Source: Longimicrobiales bacterium
Lineage (GTDB): Bacteria; Gemmatimonadota; Gemmatimonadetes; Longimicrobiales; Gaopeijiaceae
Direction: 5' to 3'
DNA length: 64,000 nt
Assembly: GCA_965203485.1 (NCBI GenBank)
Contig: OZ241892.1
Location: 1,216,001-1,280,000, forward strand
Shown: positions 27,132 to 40,200 of the stretch, in pieces
How positions within the stretch are numbered: the stretch's first letter is position 1
Layout: each line of letters starts with the position of its first letter
Made by a program: the position numbers and the translations under genes
The notes under the pieces: model-generated
The model's database searches: none
What the model was told of the DNA's origin: nothing
Seen by the model: only the letters and a program-made list of their open reading frames with translations

Positions 27132-28768
27132 GCGCGAGCAGCGCGCGGGCCGTGGACGCGAGCGGCTCCGAGAGCGCCCGCGGCCCACATGGCGGACGCC
27201 CGCCCCCCCCGACGGCGCCCTTTGTCCTGATTCTGGTCTCGTTGGCGGCGGCCGGGGGCTTGCACGTGCTGTTCCGCACCGCCACGCACGGGTTGGCGTT
27301 GACGGCCGACGGGCTCGACATGTGGTCGGCCGCGCTCAACTTTCTCGACGGCGAAGGACTCGTGGACTTCTCGGGGCGGCCGCTCGTCCATCAACCCCCG
27401 CTCCTGGCCCTGTTGATGGCCGCGGCCGGCTGGGTCGGCCTGGACATGCTCGAGGCCGCCCGCTGGGCGAACGCGGCCGCGTTCGCCGCAACGCTGCTCG
27501 TCTTGGGACTCTGGCTTGCCAGAACAGCTTGGTCGCGGACCGTGGCGGCCGGCGCAGTCCTGGTGGCGGCTGCCGCTTGGCCGCTCGGCTTCGGGGCGGC
27601 GCACCTGCTGAGCGAAGCGCTCATGATCCTGCTTGTCGTAGCGGCGCTCGTGTTGCTGGACGCCTTCCTGCACCGCGGCGCGAGGCCGTCCGCCTTGGCG
27701 TGCGCCGCCGGCTTTGCCGGCTTGGCCGGCTTGGCCCGGTATCCCAGCGTGACGGTGATCCTCGCCGGCTTGGCCACGCTCCTGCTTGACCGCAACGCGG
27801 CCGTCCTGGCGCGGCTCAAGCATGCCGTCGTCTACGGGGGCGTCGGGTCGGTTCCGACGGCCGCGGTCCTGACAAGGAACTGGATCGTCGCGGGGACTGC
27901 CACCGGAGATGATAGATTCGACTCAGCGTCCGTGCCGGACTTCCTGGACATTTCGCTCCAGGCGGGCAAGGCGCTCGCTACCTGGGCGGCGCCGGGCGCC
28001 GGACCCGAATGGTTCGGTCATCTGCCCTGGATCGTCGCGGGAACGCTGTGCGCGGCGATCGTCGTTGCGCTCGTCGCGTTTCCTCGCGCGGCTGGGCTCC
28101 CGCGCGCCGGGGTGCCCGCCCCCGACCCGGCGGTTCGCCTGTTCGCGCTTTTCGCCGGCATCTACTTCGCGTTCATGTGCACCGCTGTTTCGGTGGTCAC
28201 TTGGCAAGAGCTCGACAGTCGGTACCTGTCGCCCATGTTCGTTCCGGTCGTTGCGCTGGCGGCGTTGCTCGTGGACCGCTTCGCGCGCATCCAGGCAGAG
28301 GGCCGGGGCCTCCTCGCGAAGCGGACGCTGACTGCGGCCGTGCTGGTCGGCTCTGTCGCGCACTTGGCGTTCGCAGTTCGCCAGAACGCCGTCGTCACCG
28401 CCGAGTGGAGACAGCGCGGCAACGCCACGTGGGCGGCCTACAACAGCGCCTTTTGGGACGAGTCCGCGACCCTTCGAGCGGTTTCGCGCGGGCGCGTGGA
28501 CGCCGTCGTCTACAGCAACGACGCCCCCTTGCTCTGGTACAACGACCGCTCGGCGCCGACGGGAACGTACAGGCGGTTGCCCCGGGTGGCCCGGCGCCTC
28601 GGCGTCTCCTTGGACGGCGAGAGCAGCATCGTGTGGTTCGACGAAATGCCGATCAACACGATGTTCTACGACGTCTCGGATGTCCTGGCGATGCCGCGGG
28701 TCAGGATGTCCGCCGAGTGGGACGACGGAATGCTCCTTCGCGTGAGCGCGCCGGCGCGGACGCCATGA
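27128..28768 (+). CDS. GT-C (ArnT/PMT-like) membrane glycosyltransferase
   Basis: Polytopic; T.D...., HQPPL, LSEAL, LARY, LDSRYLSP motifs. Confidence 0.7.
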   Translation: MSASSARAVDASGSESARGPHGGRPPPPTAPFVLILVSLAAAGGLHVLFRTATHGLALTADGLDMWSAALNFLDGEGLVDFSGRPLVHQPPLLALLMAAAGWVGLDMLEAARWANAAAFAATLLVLGLWLARTAWSRTVAAGAVLVAAAAWPLGFGAAHLLSEALMILLVVAALVLLDAFLHRGARPSALACAAGFAGLAGLARYPSVTVILAGLATLLLDRNAAVLARLKHAVVYGGVGSVPTAAVLTRNWIVAGTATGDDRFDSASVPDFLDISLQAGKALATWAAPGAGPEWFGHLPWIVAGTLCAAIVVALVAFPRAAGLPRAGVPAPDPAVRLFALFAGIYFAFMCTAVSVVTWQELDSRYLSPMFVPVVALAALLVDRFARIQAEGRGLLAKRTLTAAVLVGSVAHLAFAVRQNAVVTAEWRQRGNATWAAYNSAFWDESATLRAVSRGRVDAVVYSNDAPLLWYNDRSAPTGTYRRLPRVARRLGVSLDGESSIVWFDEMPINTMFYDVSDVLAMPRVRMSAEWDDGMLLRVSAPARTP

Positions 28769-28877
28769 CCCGGCCCGTTCCCCGCTGAAGTCCGTCGCGT
28801 CCCAACCGCCGACGCAACTCCATTGGCTTCGGCCTTTGCGCCGCCTCCAGGCGCAAACCGTCCCGTCCTGCCCCCTC

Positions 28878-29723
28878 CTATTCGTCGGCCAGCGGGTCCC
28901 GCGCCCGTCTCCTGCGCGGGCGGGCGGGCTTCTTCTTGAGCGGCTTGGCGGGCGTGCCGGCGTACACGGTTCCCGCTGCCGTGTCCCGCGTCACCACGGA
29001 CCCCGCGCCGACCATCGAGTCGGCGGCCAAGCGCGCGCCGGCCAGGATCGTGGCGTGGTACGCGATCCGGACTCCTCGTCCGACGTTGGTCGGCGGCGTC
29101 CGCACCATCTGGGCGTCGGCGACGTCGTGGGTGTGCGAGTACACGTTGGCGAAGTCGGCGATCGAGGCCCCGTCGCCGATGCGGATTCCGCCTCGGTCGT
29201 CCAGCAGCACGTGACGGTGGACCACCACGTTGTCGCCCACTTCAAGCCCGTAGCCGAACGTGAGCCTGACGTAGCTGAACGCCTTGAAGTTCTTGCCGCA
29301 GGCGCCGAATATCCTCTTCGCCAGCATTCGGCGGAACTTGACCCCCAGGTGGACGTTTTCGCCCAGCAGGCTCCTGTCGAACATCTCCCACAGCCAGATG
29401 AGCGGCTTGACCCGCGCGTAGCGCTCGACGTCGATCTCGGCGTAGTACTCGGGCTCCAACGTGACCCTGCGCGGGTCCAGGTGGTCGAGCAGGACGCGAG
29501 TGTGGAGCGTCATCTCGCCCGGCGCCGCGTCTTCTTCGACCATGACTCCGCCGGGCAGGTATATGTCCCCCAGCACTCGGCGGCAGAAGTGGTTGCGGTC
29601 GGTGGCCGGGTCGGAGAGCTCCTCGTCCAGCGCGGCGATCCATCGGTCGTAGCGTTGCTCCGCTCCGCGCCCGAGCGCTACGCGGCGAAGCGGAAGAAGG
29701 CGATGGTCGTCTGTCCGGGCCAT
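28878..29723 (-). CDS. Hexapeptide-repeat acyltransferase
   Basis: Left-handed beta-helix repeats VGDNVVV, IGDGASI, VGAGSVVTRD, YAGTPAK. Confidence 0.88.
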   Translation of the reverse strand: MARTDDHRLLPLRRVALGRGAEQRYDRWIAALDEELSDPATDRNHFCRRVLGDIYLPGGVMVEEDAAPGEMTLHTRVLLDHLDPRRVTLEPEYYAEIDVERYARVKPLIWLWEMFDRSLLGENVHLGVKFRRMLAKRIFGACGKNFKAFSYVRLTFGYGLEVGDNVVVHRHVLLDDRGGIRIGDGASIADFANVYSHTHDVADAQMVRTPPTNVGRGVRIAYHATILAGARLAADSMVGAGSVVTRDTAAGTVYAGTPAKPLKKKPARPRRRRARDPLADE

Positions 29724-29909
29724 GGTTCGGCATTCGTGCAAGTTGCGGCGCCTGCTTCCCGGCGGCGGACGCGAAGCTCGGCCGGGATATCTCCGGGCGG
29801 GTCGTCCGCCGGGCACGGCGGCATGGAGCGGCACCAAGAATAACGAGGCACGACGGCGGGGATCTCCGGGCCGGTTGCGCCGGTCGGGGGGCGGGGCGTT
29901 ATTCAGTCC

Positions 29910-31875
<1,966 letters not shown>

Positions 31876-32183
31876 GGCGCATGAGCGGACGTCCAGTCGC
31901 AGCACGCCCGGGCGGCGGTCCGTCAGCCGGCGTCTTCCGCCCGGCTCTGCGGTCAGGCCACGGCGCGCTCGGGTGGCGGCCCAGGCGGCGGCCTCCCCAG
32001 CCCGGGCTTGTCCGGAGCCATGCTGTGACCCGTCCGCCCCGCGGGCGGCGCCCGCGAACCCGTCCAAGACCGGTCCCGCGCGTGCCCAGGGCGGGGGTCC
32101 GTGGAGGGGGCGGAGCAACTCGCGACCACGGCAAGAGAGGGACATTTCTGCTTTGGCCTGCCCCCGGACGTCGCTCGTCTCGT

Positions 32184-33590
32184 TTGACTGCGGTTGCCGC
32201 GGTGGGCGTCCTCGTCGTGTTGCCCGCCTGCGGGACCCGCATTCCGCCGCCGCCGCCCCTGCCGGCAGCTGTGTCGCCGGAAGCGGCCGGTCCGGGCGGA
32301 GGCGCGCGAGCCCGCGTGCCGTCGGCGCCGGGCCGCGTGGTTTCCCCGGCGCGTTCCGCCGATGCCATCCTCGGCTCCCCGTGGACGGCCCACGAAGACG
32401 CCGAGCTCTACGTCGCCCGCTGGCTCGATGTCTGGCGAAACCGCGCGCGCGGGCCGTTCGAGCGCTCGCTCGTGCGCATGGGGCGCTACGAGGACTTCGT
32501 CGAAGACGAGATCGCCAAGCGCGGCCTGCCGCCGTCGCTCAAGTACCTGCCCGTGATCGAAGGGGGCTACTACCCCAAGGCGGTGTCGCCGGCCGGAGCC
32601 GGAGGGATATGGCAGTTCATGCCCGAAACTGCTCGCTGGCTGGGCCTTGCGGTGACTCCGCTCGTGGACGAGCGCTTCGATCCCTTCCGGGCGACTCCCG
32701 TGGCATTGGAGTATTTGGAGCAGCTGCACGATCAGTTTCATTCCTGGTTTCTTGCGCTCGCGGCCTACAACTCCGGTCCTGGACGCGTCGAGCGCATCCT
32801 GCGCGAGCACGCCGAGAACGCGCCTCGCGGCGACGGCCTGTTTTGGCGCATCCGCGAGCGCCTTCCCGCCGAGACGCGCGACTTCATCCCGAAGTTCCTC
32901 GCGGCCGCGCGCGTCGCCGCCGACCCGGCATTCCACGGGTTTGCTTCGGCGCCCAAGGACGCGCCGCTGGCCCTGGACACGGCAACGATTCTGGGCGCGG
33001 CCTCGGTCGACGTCGTGGCGCGCGCCGCCGGCGTCTCCGAGGACACTGTCAGGTTCCTGAATCCGCAGTTGCTTCGCGGCCTGACTCCGGCGGAGGGGAC
33101 CACCGTCGTGCGCCTCCCAAGGGGCGCGGGCGGCGCGTTCGCGCAGCGCTTTGCGGCGATCCCTCCTGGCGAGCGCGTCACGTTCTACGAGCATTCGGTC
33201 GCGGCGGGCGAGACGCTGTGGGACATCTCGCGCCGCTACGACGTGGCGGTCGAAGTGATTCAAGCTGCGAATCCGTCGGTCGAGGCCCGCAGGATGCGGA
33301 TCGGAACCGTGCTGGTCGTCCCGAGGGGCCGCGCGTTCGGTGCGGCTTCCGCGAGCGAGGCGCGCCCTCCTGGCGACAAGGGCGCGCGCGCGTCCGGCTC
33401 CGCCGCCGGAATGCCGGAAGAGACGGAGGTCGGCGGCGAGCGCGTGCACATTGTGGAGTCCGGGGAGAGCCTCTGGCTGATCGCGCGGCTTTACGGCGTG
33501 AAGGTGCAGCGGTTGCGGAGCTACAACGGGCTGGAGAGCGACCTCATCCAGGCCGGGACCCGGTTGCGGATACCCCCCTCCGGCGGATAG
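32184..33590 (+). CDS. MltD-like lytic transglycosylase with two LysM domains
   Basis: Lipobox LPA-C; LPVIE, GIWQFMP.TA, ALAAYNSG, ETRDFIPK; two GE.LW.I LysM repeats; start uncertain. Confidence 0.9.
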   Translation: MTAVAAVGVLVVLPACGTRIPPPPPLPAAVSPEAAGPGGGARARVPSAPGRVVSPARSADAILGSPWTAHEDAELYVARWLDVWRNRARGPFERSLVRMGRYEDFVEDEIAKRGLPPSLKYLPVIEGGYYPKAVSPAGAGGIWQFMPETARWLGLAVTPLVDERFDPFRATPVALEYLEQLHDQFHSWFLALAAYNSGPGRVERILREHAENAPRGDGLFWRIRERLPAETRDFIPKFLAAARVAADPAFHGFASAPKDAPLALDTATILGAASVDVVARAAGVSEDTVRFLNPQLLRGLTPAEGTTVVRLPRGAGGAFAQRFAAIPPGERVTFYEHSVAAGETLWDISRRYDVAVEVIQAANPSVEARRMRIGTVLVVPRGRAFGAASASEARPPGDKGARASGSAAGMPEETEVGGERVHIVESGESLWLIARLYGVKVQRLRSYNGLESDLIQAGTRLRIPPSGG

Positions 33591-34080
33591 GCGGCGTGCC
33601 GGAAGGCCGCCCCTCCACCACATGAGTATCCAAGCGCCCCCGGAGGACAGGGCACGACCGGCGCCCGCGGCCATAGGCGCCTGGCCGAAGGGGGCGGGTT
33701 GCGCCGGCGCGGAATACGCCTTTTCGGCGCTGGGGCGGATCGGCAGCCGCGCCAGCTGGCGGCGTCGGCCAGCGTCCGTTTGGGGTGGCGGAGCGGCCCG
33801 GCGATGGTCGTTGGCGCGGCGCCCGGACACCGTGAACCGAGCGAGCGCTCGCAGCACGCTCAAGCAACAACACGCATGCCACGCGCCGGTGCCGAAACCA
33901 GGACGCGCGGCCCTGCGCCTCGCTTACGGCCGACGGCCGGGTTCATCCCGAGCCGACCAGGAACGACGTGCCCCGGTTCTCGATCGCCCCGCATCCCTCC
34001 TCGGCCGGGGACCTCGGGTCCATCCGCACCACCACTTGCGCCGCCAGCGCCGCCAGCACGAATTCCGCCCGTAGCCGTGT

Positions 34081-34119
34081 GTACCTAGTTTGTATTAGGT
34101 TAGAATTAGGTACTTGACC
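34081..34119 (+). promoter_or_regulatory. AT-rich putative operator upstream of giant adhesin
   Basis: GTACCTAGTT-N13-AATTAGGTAC inverted repeat; ATTAGGT direct repeat at 34094 and 34105; adjacent TTGACC. Confidence 0.5.
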
Positions 34120-34181
34120 CAATGCCACGTAGCGAGGCCTGCCCCATGGATTCGCATCTTCCTCGTGCCCGCCATATGAAT

Positions 34182-34212
<31 letters not shown>

Positions 34213-37200
34213 TTGATGGTCGGCCAACCGGGGCGTTCGGGGCCCAGTACGCGACAGTCGATAGGCAGAACCGCGCTCGCGGCCATGGGCCTGCTGGCGG
34301 CGTTCGGGACCACGCCGCCGCCGCCGCTGAGCGCCCAGATGGCGCCGGCAGTGGACAGCGTGTACATCGTCAGCACGCCGGTGGCCGCCGCCAGCACGTA
34401 CGGGACGTCGGAGGAGATCCGGGTGACGGTGACGTTCAACGGGAACATCGACATGGCGGGAACGGCTCCGTACCTGAACCTGACGATCGGGGCGAACACT
34501 AGGCAAGCTACTCGGTGCGCGACGCTGGACGACGGGGCGAGCTTCTGCTACACGGTCGTGTCTGCGGACAGCGACACGACCGGCATCAGCATCGGCGCGA
34601 GCGCGCTGGTTCTCCCGTCGGGAGGCACGATCAGGGCGCAGGGCACCACGACGAATGCGAACCTGTCGCTGGGAACCCATGCCATCGTCGACGACGCCGG
34701 CCACAAGGTGAACGGCGCTCTGATCACGCCGAGAGTGAGCAGGGTAGCGTGGCAGAGTTCTCCCGGACCCGATTCGACGTACGTCCTAGGCGATGTCGTA
34801 TCAGTTAGAGTCTATTGGGACCAACAGATAGACTTTCCTACTTATGGGCATGAGATGTCTTTCGCCTTCCAGATCGGAGAGAACTCTCGCCGGGTGAATT
34901 GGTACACTCGTACTGGCGGCCACACAGATGTGGCGTTCCGATACACGATCACGGCGAACGACCTCGATGCGGACGGGATCAGCCTGCTCGAGGATGCGTT
35001 CCGCTTTCATACAAGCACGCCCCCGACTCGCAGGGGAGGCACGGCGCTAGTCGACGTGTCGCTCGGCGCGCACGCCGTCATGAACGCCGCTGGGCACAAG
35101 GTGGACGGTCGCGTTCCGAGCGTCGCGCGCACGTCGATCACGAGCGACGCGGGCACGGACAGCACGTACGCTCGGGGCGACGCGATCGACATCGGGGTTG
35201 TGTTCAGCGAGGTCGTGGACGTGACGGGCACGCCGCAACTGGCGTTGCAGATAGGCAGCGACACTGTCCAGGCGAACTACGTGAGCGGAACGGGCGGCGA
35301 TTCGCTGACCTTCCGCTACGCGGTGTCGTCGGGAGACACGGACGGCAACGGGATAAGCTATGCGGCGGACGCGCTGGCGCTGAACGGCGGCACGATCAAC
35401 AAGGCGGGCCAAGCGGTGACAGCGGCCCTTGGCCTGGGGAGCGCGGTGGCCACGAACGCGGCGGCCCACAAGGTGGACGGTACAACGGGACCGCCGGTGG
35501 TCACGGGCGTGTCGATTGCGAGCGACGCGGGGACGGACAGCGCCTATGCGTCGGGCGACACGATCAAAGCAGTGGTCGTGTTCAACGAGAACGTGACGGT
35601 GACGGGCACGCCGCAACTGGCGCTGACGATCGGTTCGCAGACGCGGCAGGCGAACTACGTCTCGGGGAGTGGGAACGATTCGCTGACGTTCACCTACGTG
35701 GCGGCGACGGGAGACATCGACGACAACGGGCTGAGCATCGGATCGAGCGCGCTGACGCTGAACGGCGGGACGATCAAGCGGGGCACGACGGTGGACGCGG
35801 CGCTGTCGTTGCTTGGCAGGGAAGTGACGAACGCGCCCGCCCACAGGGTCGTGGTTGTGACGGGCTTCGCGCACGTCACGGGCACGTCGATCACGAGCGA
35901 TCCGGGGACGGACAGCATCTACACGTTGGGCGACACGATCGAGGTATTGGTCGTGTTCAACGAGAACGTGGACGTGACGGGCACGCCGCAGCTGGTGTTG
36001 GAGATCGGCGCGGCGACGCGGCAGGCGAACTACGTGTCGGGTACGGGCAACGACTCGCTGACGTTCCGGTACGTCACGGTAGCGGCAGACACCGACACGA
36101 CCGGGATCAGCTACTCGCGGAACGCGCTGACGCTTAACGGGGGAACGATCAAGCGGGCCGGGGCGACGGCGGACGCGTACCTTGGCTTGCGGACCCACGT
36201 GGTCACCGACGCCGCGGCGCACAAGGTGCTTGCCACCACCAACAAGGTGACGGGCTTGTCGGTCAACTCGGCGGGTCCGGACTCGACGTTCGTCAGAGGC
36301 GACACGATGAGGGTGACGCTGTCTTTCGGGGAGACGACCGTCGTGACGGGCACACCGCGGATAAGGATGTGGCTGGGCGCCACGTCCAGGTGGGCGACCT
36401 ACCACTCGGGGTCGGGCACGAGCGAGTTGGAGTTCCGCTACGTGGTGGAGGTGGCGATCAACGACGGAACCGGTGTTGGGATACTCGCCGATGCCGTCGA
36501 CCTGAACGGGGGTACGGTCAAGGACGCCAACCAGGCCGACGTGGGTGTACGGATACCGATGGCGTTGACGATAGTGGATGATCCCAGATGGAAGGTGGCG
36601 GGTTCGACGCGCATAACGAGCGCTTCGGTTGGGCGGCCGCCGACGGGCGACACGTTTGAGCGGGGCGACACGATCGTGGTGACGATGATCTACTCCGACT
36701 CGGTGGACGTGACGGGCGTTCCGACGGCGTGGCTGAAGCTCACGTCGGCTTCGCACAGGCCGGCGCTGTACGCGTCGGGCACGGGCACGGACACTCTGAA
36801 GTTCCGCTACGTGGTGGAGGCGGGGGACCACGACAACGACGGCCTGAGCCTCTACGGCAACGCGATTCAGTTGACGGGGGGCTCGACGATCAGAGAGGCG
36901 GGCACCACCACGAGCGCGTTCCACGACACGCCTTGGCCCTATGGGGGCCAGGACGCGATCGCGAACAGCGCGGGCCACAAGGTGGCGGGCGCTGCGCGGG
37001 TGGCGAGCGTTTCGGTGGGGTCGCCGCCGGTGGGCGACACCTTCGAGCGAGGCGACACGATCAAGGTGACGCTGGTCTACACCGACTCGGTGGACGTGGC
37101 GGGCGTTCCGACGGTGTGGGTGACGATCGGGACGAATCCGTGGGCGGGGGCGACGTACGCGTCGGGCAGCGGGACGGACTCGTTGGAGTTCCACTACGTG

Positions 37201-40200
37201 GTGCAGGCGGCGGACGCAGACGCCGACGGGATCAGCATGGTGGGCAACGCATTGCAGTTGACGGGGGGCTCGACGATCACGGAGGCGGGCACGAGCACGA
37301 ACACGTTTACCGATGTGCCATGGTCTGGCCCGGGTTCAGGCGGGAACGCGATCACGAACAGCGCAGGCCACAAGGTTGCGGGCGGGACGTTCACGGCGGC
37401 GTTGGTGAGCGGCGTGGCGATCACGAGCGAGCCGTCGAGCGACAGCACGTACGGTCGGACGGAGCGGATCGAGGCCGAGGTGACGTTCAACCGCAAGGTG
37501 ACGGTGACGGGCACGCCGCAGCTGGCGCTGGAGATCGGCAACGATACGGTCCAGGCGAACTACGCGAGCGGGACGACGACGAAGACGCTGACGTTCGGCT
37601 ACACGGTGGCTGCTGCGGACGCGGATTCGACGGGGATCAGCATCGGAGCGAGCGCGCTGACGCTGAACAGCGGGGCGATCAACGACGCGCGCGACAACAC
37701 GATGGCGGCGAGCTTGGGTCTGGGCACGAACGCGATCGCGAACGCTCGTTCGCACAAGGTGAACGGCAACCTGGGTCCGCCGGGTGTGACGGAGCTGACG
37801 ATCAGCTCTCCGACGGTGGGCGACACCTTCGAGCGCGGCGAGACGATCGAGGTGTCGCTGGTGTTCAACCGCGCGGTGGCGGTGACGGGGACGCCGCAAC
37901 TGGCGCTGGGGATCGGTGCGGCGACGAAGCAGGCGAGCTACGCATCGGGGACGGGCACGACATCGTTGGTGTTTCGGTACTTGGTTGTGGCTGCGGACGC
38001 GGACGCGGACGGGTTGAGCATCGGAGCGAGCGCTTTGGCGCTGAACGGCGGGACGATCCGGCTGGCTGGCGGCGTCCTGGACGCGACGTTGGGTCTGGCC
38101 GCGAGCGCGGTGACGAACAGCGCGGGCCACAAGGTTGAGGGGGGCACGTTCACGACGCCGGTGGTGAGCGCGGTGACGATCTCGAGCACGCCAGCGAGCG
38201 CGAGCACGTATCAGCTGGGCGAGTCTATCGAGGTGAAGGTGGCGTTCAGCCGTCCGGTGGCGGTGACGGGATCGCCGGAGCTGGCTCTGGGAGTCGGGAC
38301 AGCGACGCGCCAGGCGGACTACGATTCGGGTTCGAGCAGTGCGGACACGCTGGTGTTCGGGTACGCGGTCCGGCCGGCGGACGCGGACGCGGACGGGCTC
38401 AGCATCGCGGCGGGCGCGCTGGCGTTGAACGGCGGGACGATCGCGGACGCGCGTCCGGGCGCGACGGCTGCGAGCCTGGATTTGGGGTCGAACGCGATAA
38501 CGAACGCTGCGGCGCACAAGGTGAACGGCGGGTTGGGCCCGCCTGGGGTGACGGGGTTGGCGGTGGCGTCGCCGCCTGCGGGCGCGGTGTTCGAGCGCGG
38601 CGACACGATTGTTGCGACGGTGCGGTTCAACAAGGCGGTGGACGTGACGGGCACGCCGCAGCTGGCGCTGGGGATCGGTGCGCAGACGCGGCAGGCGGCG
38701 TATGCGAGCGGGACGGGCACGGCGGCGCTGGTGTTCCGGTACGTGGTGGCGACGGCGGACGTGGACGCGGACGGGTTGAGCGTTGGCGCGAGCGCACTGG
38801 CTCTGAACAGCGGCACGATCGACGTGTCGGGCGGGACGACGGACGCGTTGCTGAGCTTGGAGCGCCATGCGTTCGAGAACTTCCTGGTGGTGAACGGCGG
38901 GCTGTTCACGGCGTCGTCGGTGAGCGGGGTGTCGATATCGAGCAGTCCAGCGAGCGACAGCACGTACGGTCGCACGGAGCGGATCGAGGTCGAGGTGACG
39001 TTCGCCCGCGCGGTGACGGTGACGGGCACGCCGCAGCTGGCGTTGACGATCGGCGACTCGACGCGCCAGGCGAGCTACGCGAGCGGGAGCGGCACGAAGA
39101 CGCTGGCGTTCGGCTACGTGGTGGCGGCGAGCGACTCCGACGCGAACGGGTTGAGCGTCGGGCCGGCCGCGCTGGCGTTGAACGGCGGTGCGATCGACGA
39201 CGCGCGCGACGCGAGCGAGGCTGCGGGCCTGGGCCTGGGGAGCCATGCGATATCGAACGCTTTGGCGCACAAGGTGAACGGGAGCCTGGGCCCGCCCGGC
39301 GTGACGGGCGTGACGCTCGGGTCGCCGCCGGTGGGCGCGACGTTCGAGCGGGGCGACACGATCGTGGCGGCGCTGGCGTTCAACCGGGCGGTGGCGGTGA
39401 CGGGCGCGCCGCAGCTGGCGCTGGGGATCGGGAGCGCGACGAAGCAGGCGGTCTACGCGAGCGGGAGCGGCACGTCGTCGCTCGAGTTCCGGTACGTGGT
39501 GGTGACGGCGGACGTGGACGCCGACGGGTTGAGCGTCGCGACGACGGCGCTGGGATTGAACGGCGGTACGGTTCGGCTGGCGGGCGGGACGCTGGACGCG
39601 ACGCTGGGGTTGGGCACGCACGCGATATCGAACAGCGCGGGCCACAAGGTTGCGGGCGGGACGTTCACGGCGTCGGGCGTGACGGGGGTGGCGGTCGCGA
39701 GCAGTCCTGCGAGCGGCGCGACGTACGGGTTGGGCGAGCGGATCGAGGTTCGGGTGACGTTTGCGCGCGCTGTGGCGGTGACGGGCACGCCGCAGCTGGC
39801 GCTGGGGATCGGCGCTGCGACGCGACAGGCGGACTACGCGGGCGGCACGGGCACGCCGCAGCTGTCGTTCGGCTACGTGGTCGTTGCGGGCGACGCCGAC
39901 TCCGACGGGCTCAGCATCGGCGCGAGCGCTTTGGCGCTGAACGGCGGCGGGATCGCGGACGGTCGCGACGGTTCGACGGCGGCGGCGCTGGGCCTGGGGT
40001 CGAGCGCGGTCGCGGACGCTGCGGGCCACCGCGTGGACGCGACGCGCGGCCCGCCCGGGGTGATGGGCGTGACGATCGGGTCGCCGCAGGTGGGCGACAC
40101 GTTCGAGCGGGGCGACACGGTCGAGGTCGAGGTCGAGTTCAACAAGCCGGTGGCGGTGACGGGCGCGCCGCAGCTGGCGCTGGGCATCGGCGCTGCGACG

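Noticed and set aside
33993..34005. ATCCCTCCTCGGC resembling the tRNA-Leu 3' end (possible attR)
   Set aside because: Short, gapped match, and the intervening 34 kb is core housekeeping genes with no integrase
33591..34080. ORFs or ncRNA in the spacer upstream of the adhesin
   Set aside because: No recognisable protein motifs or known RNA family signature
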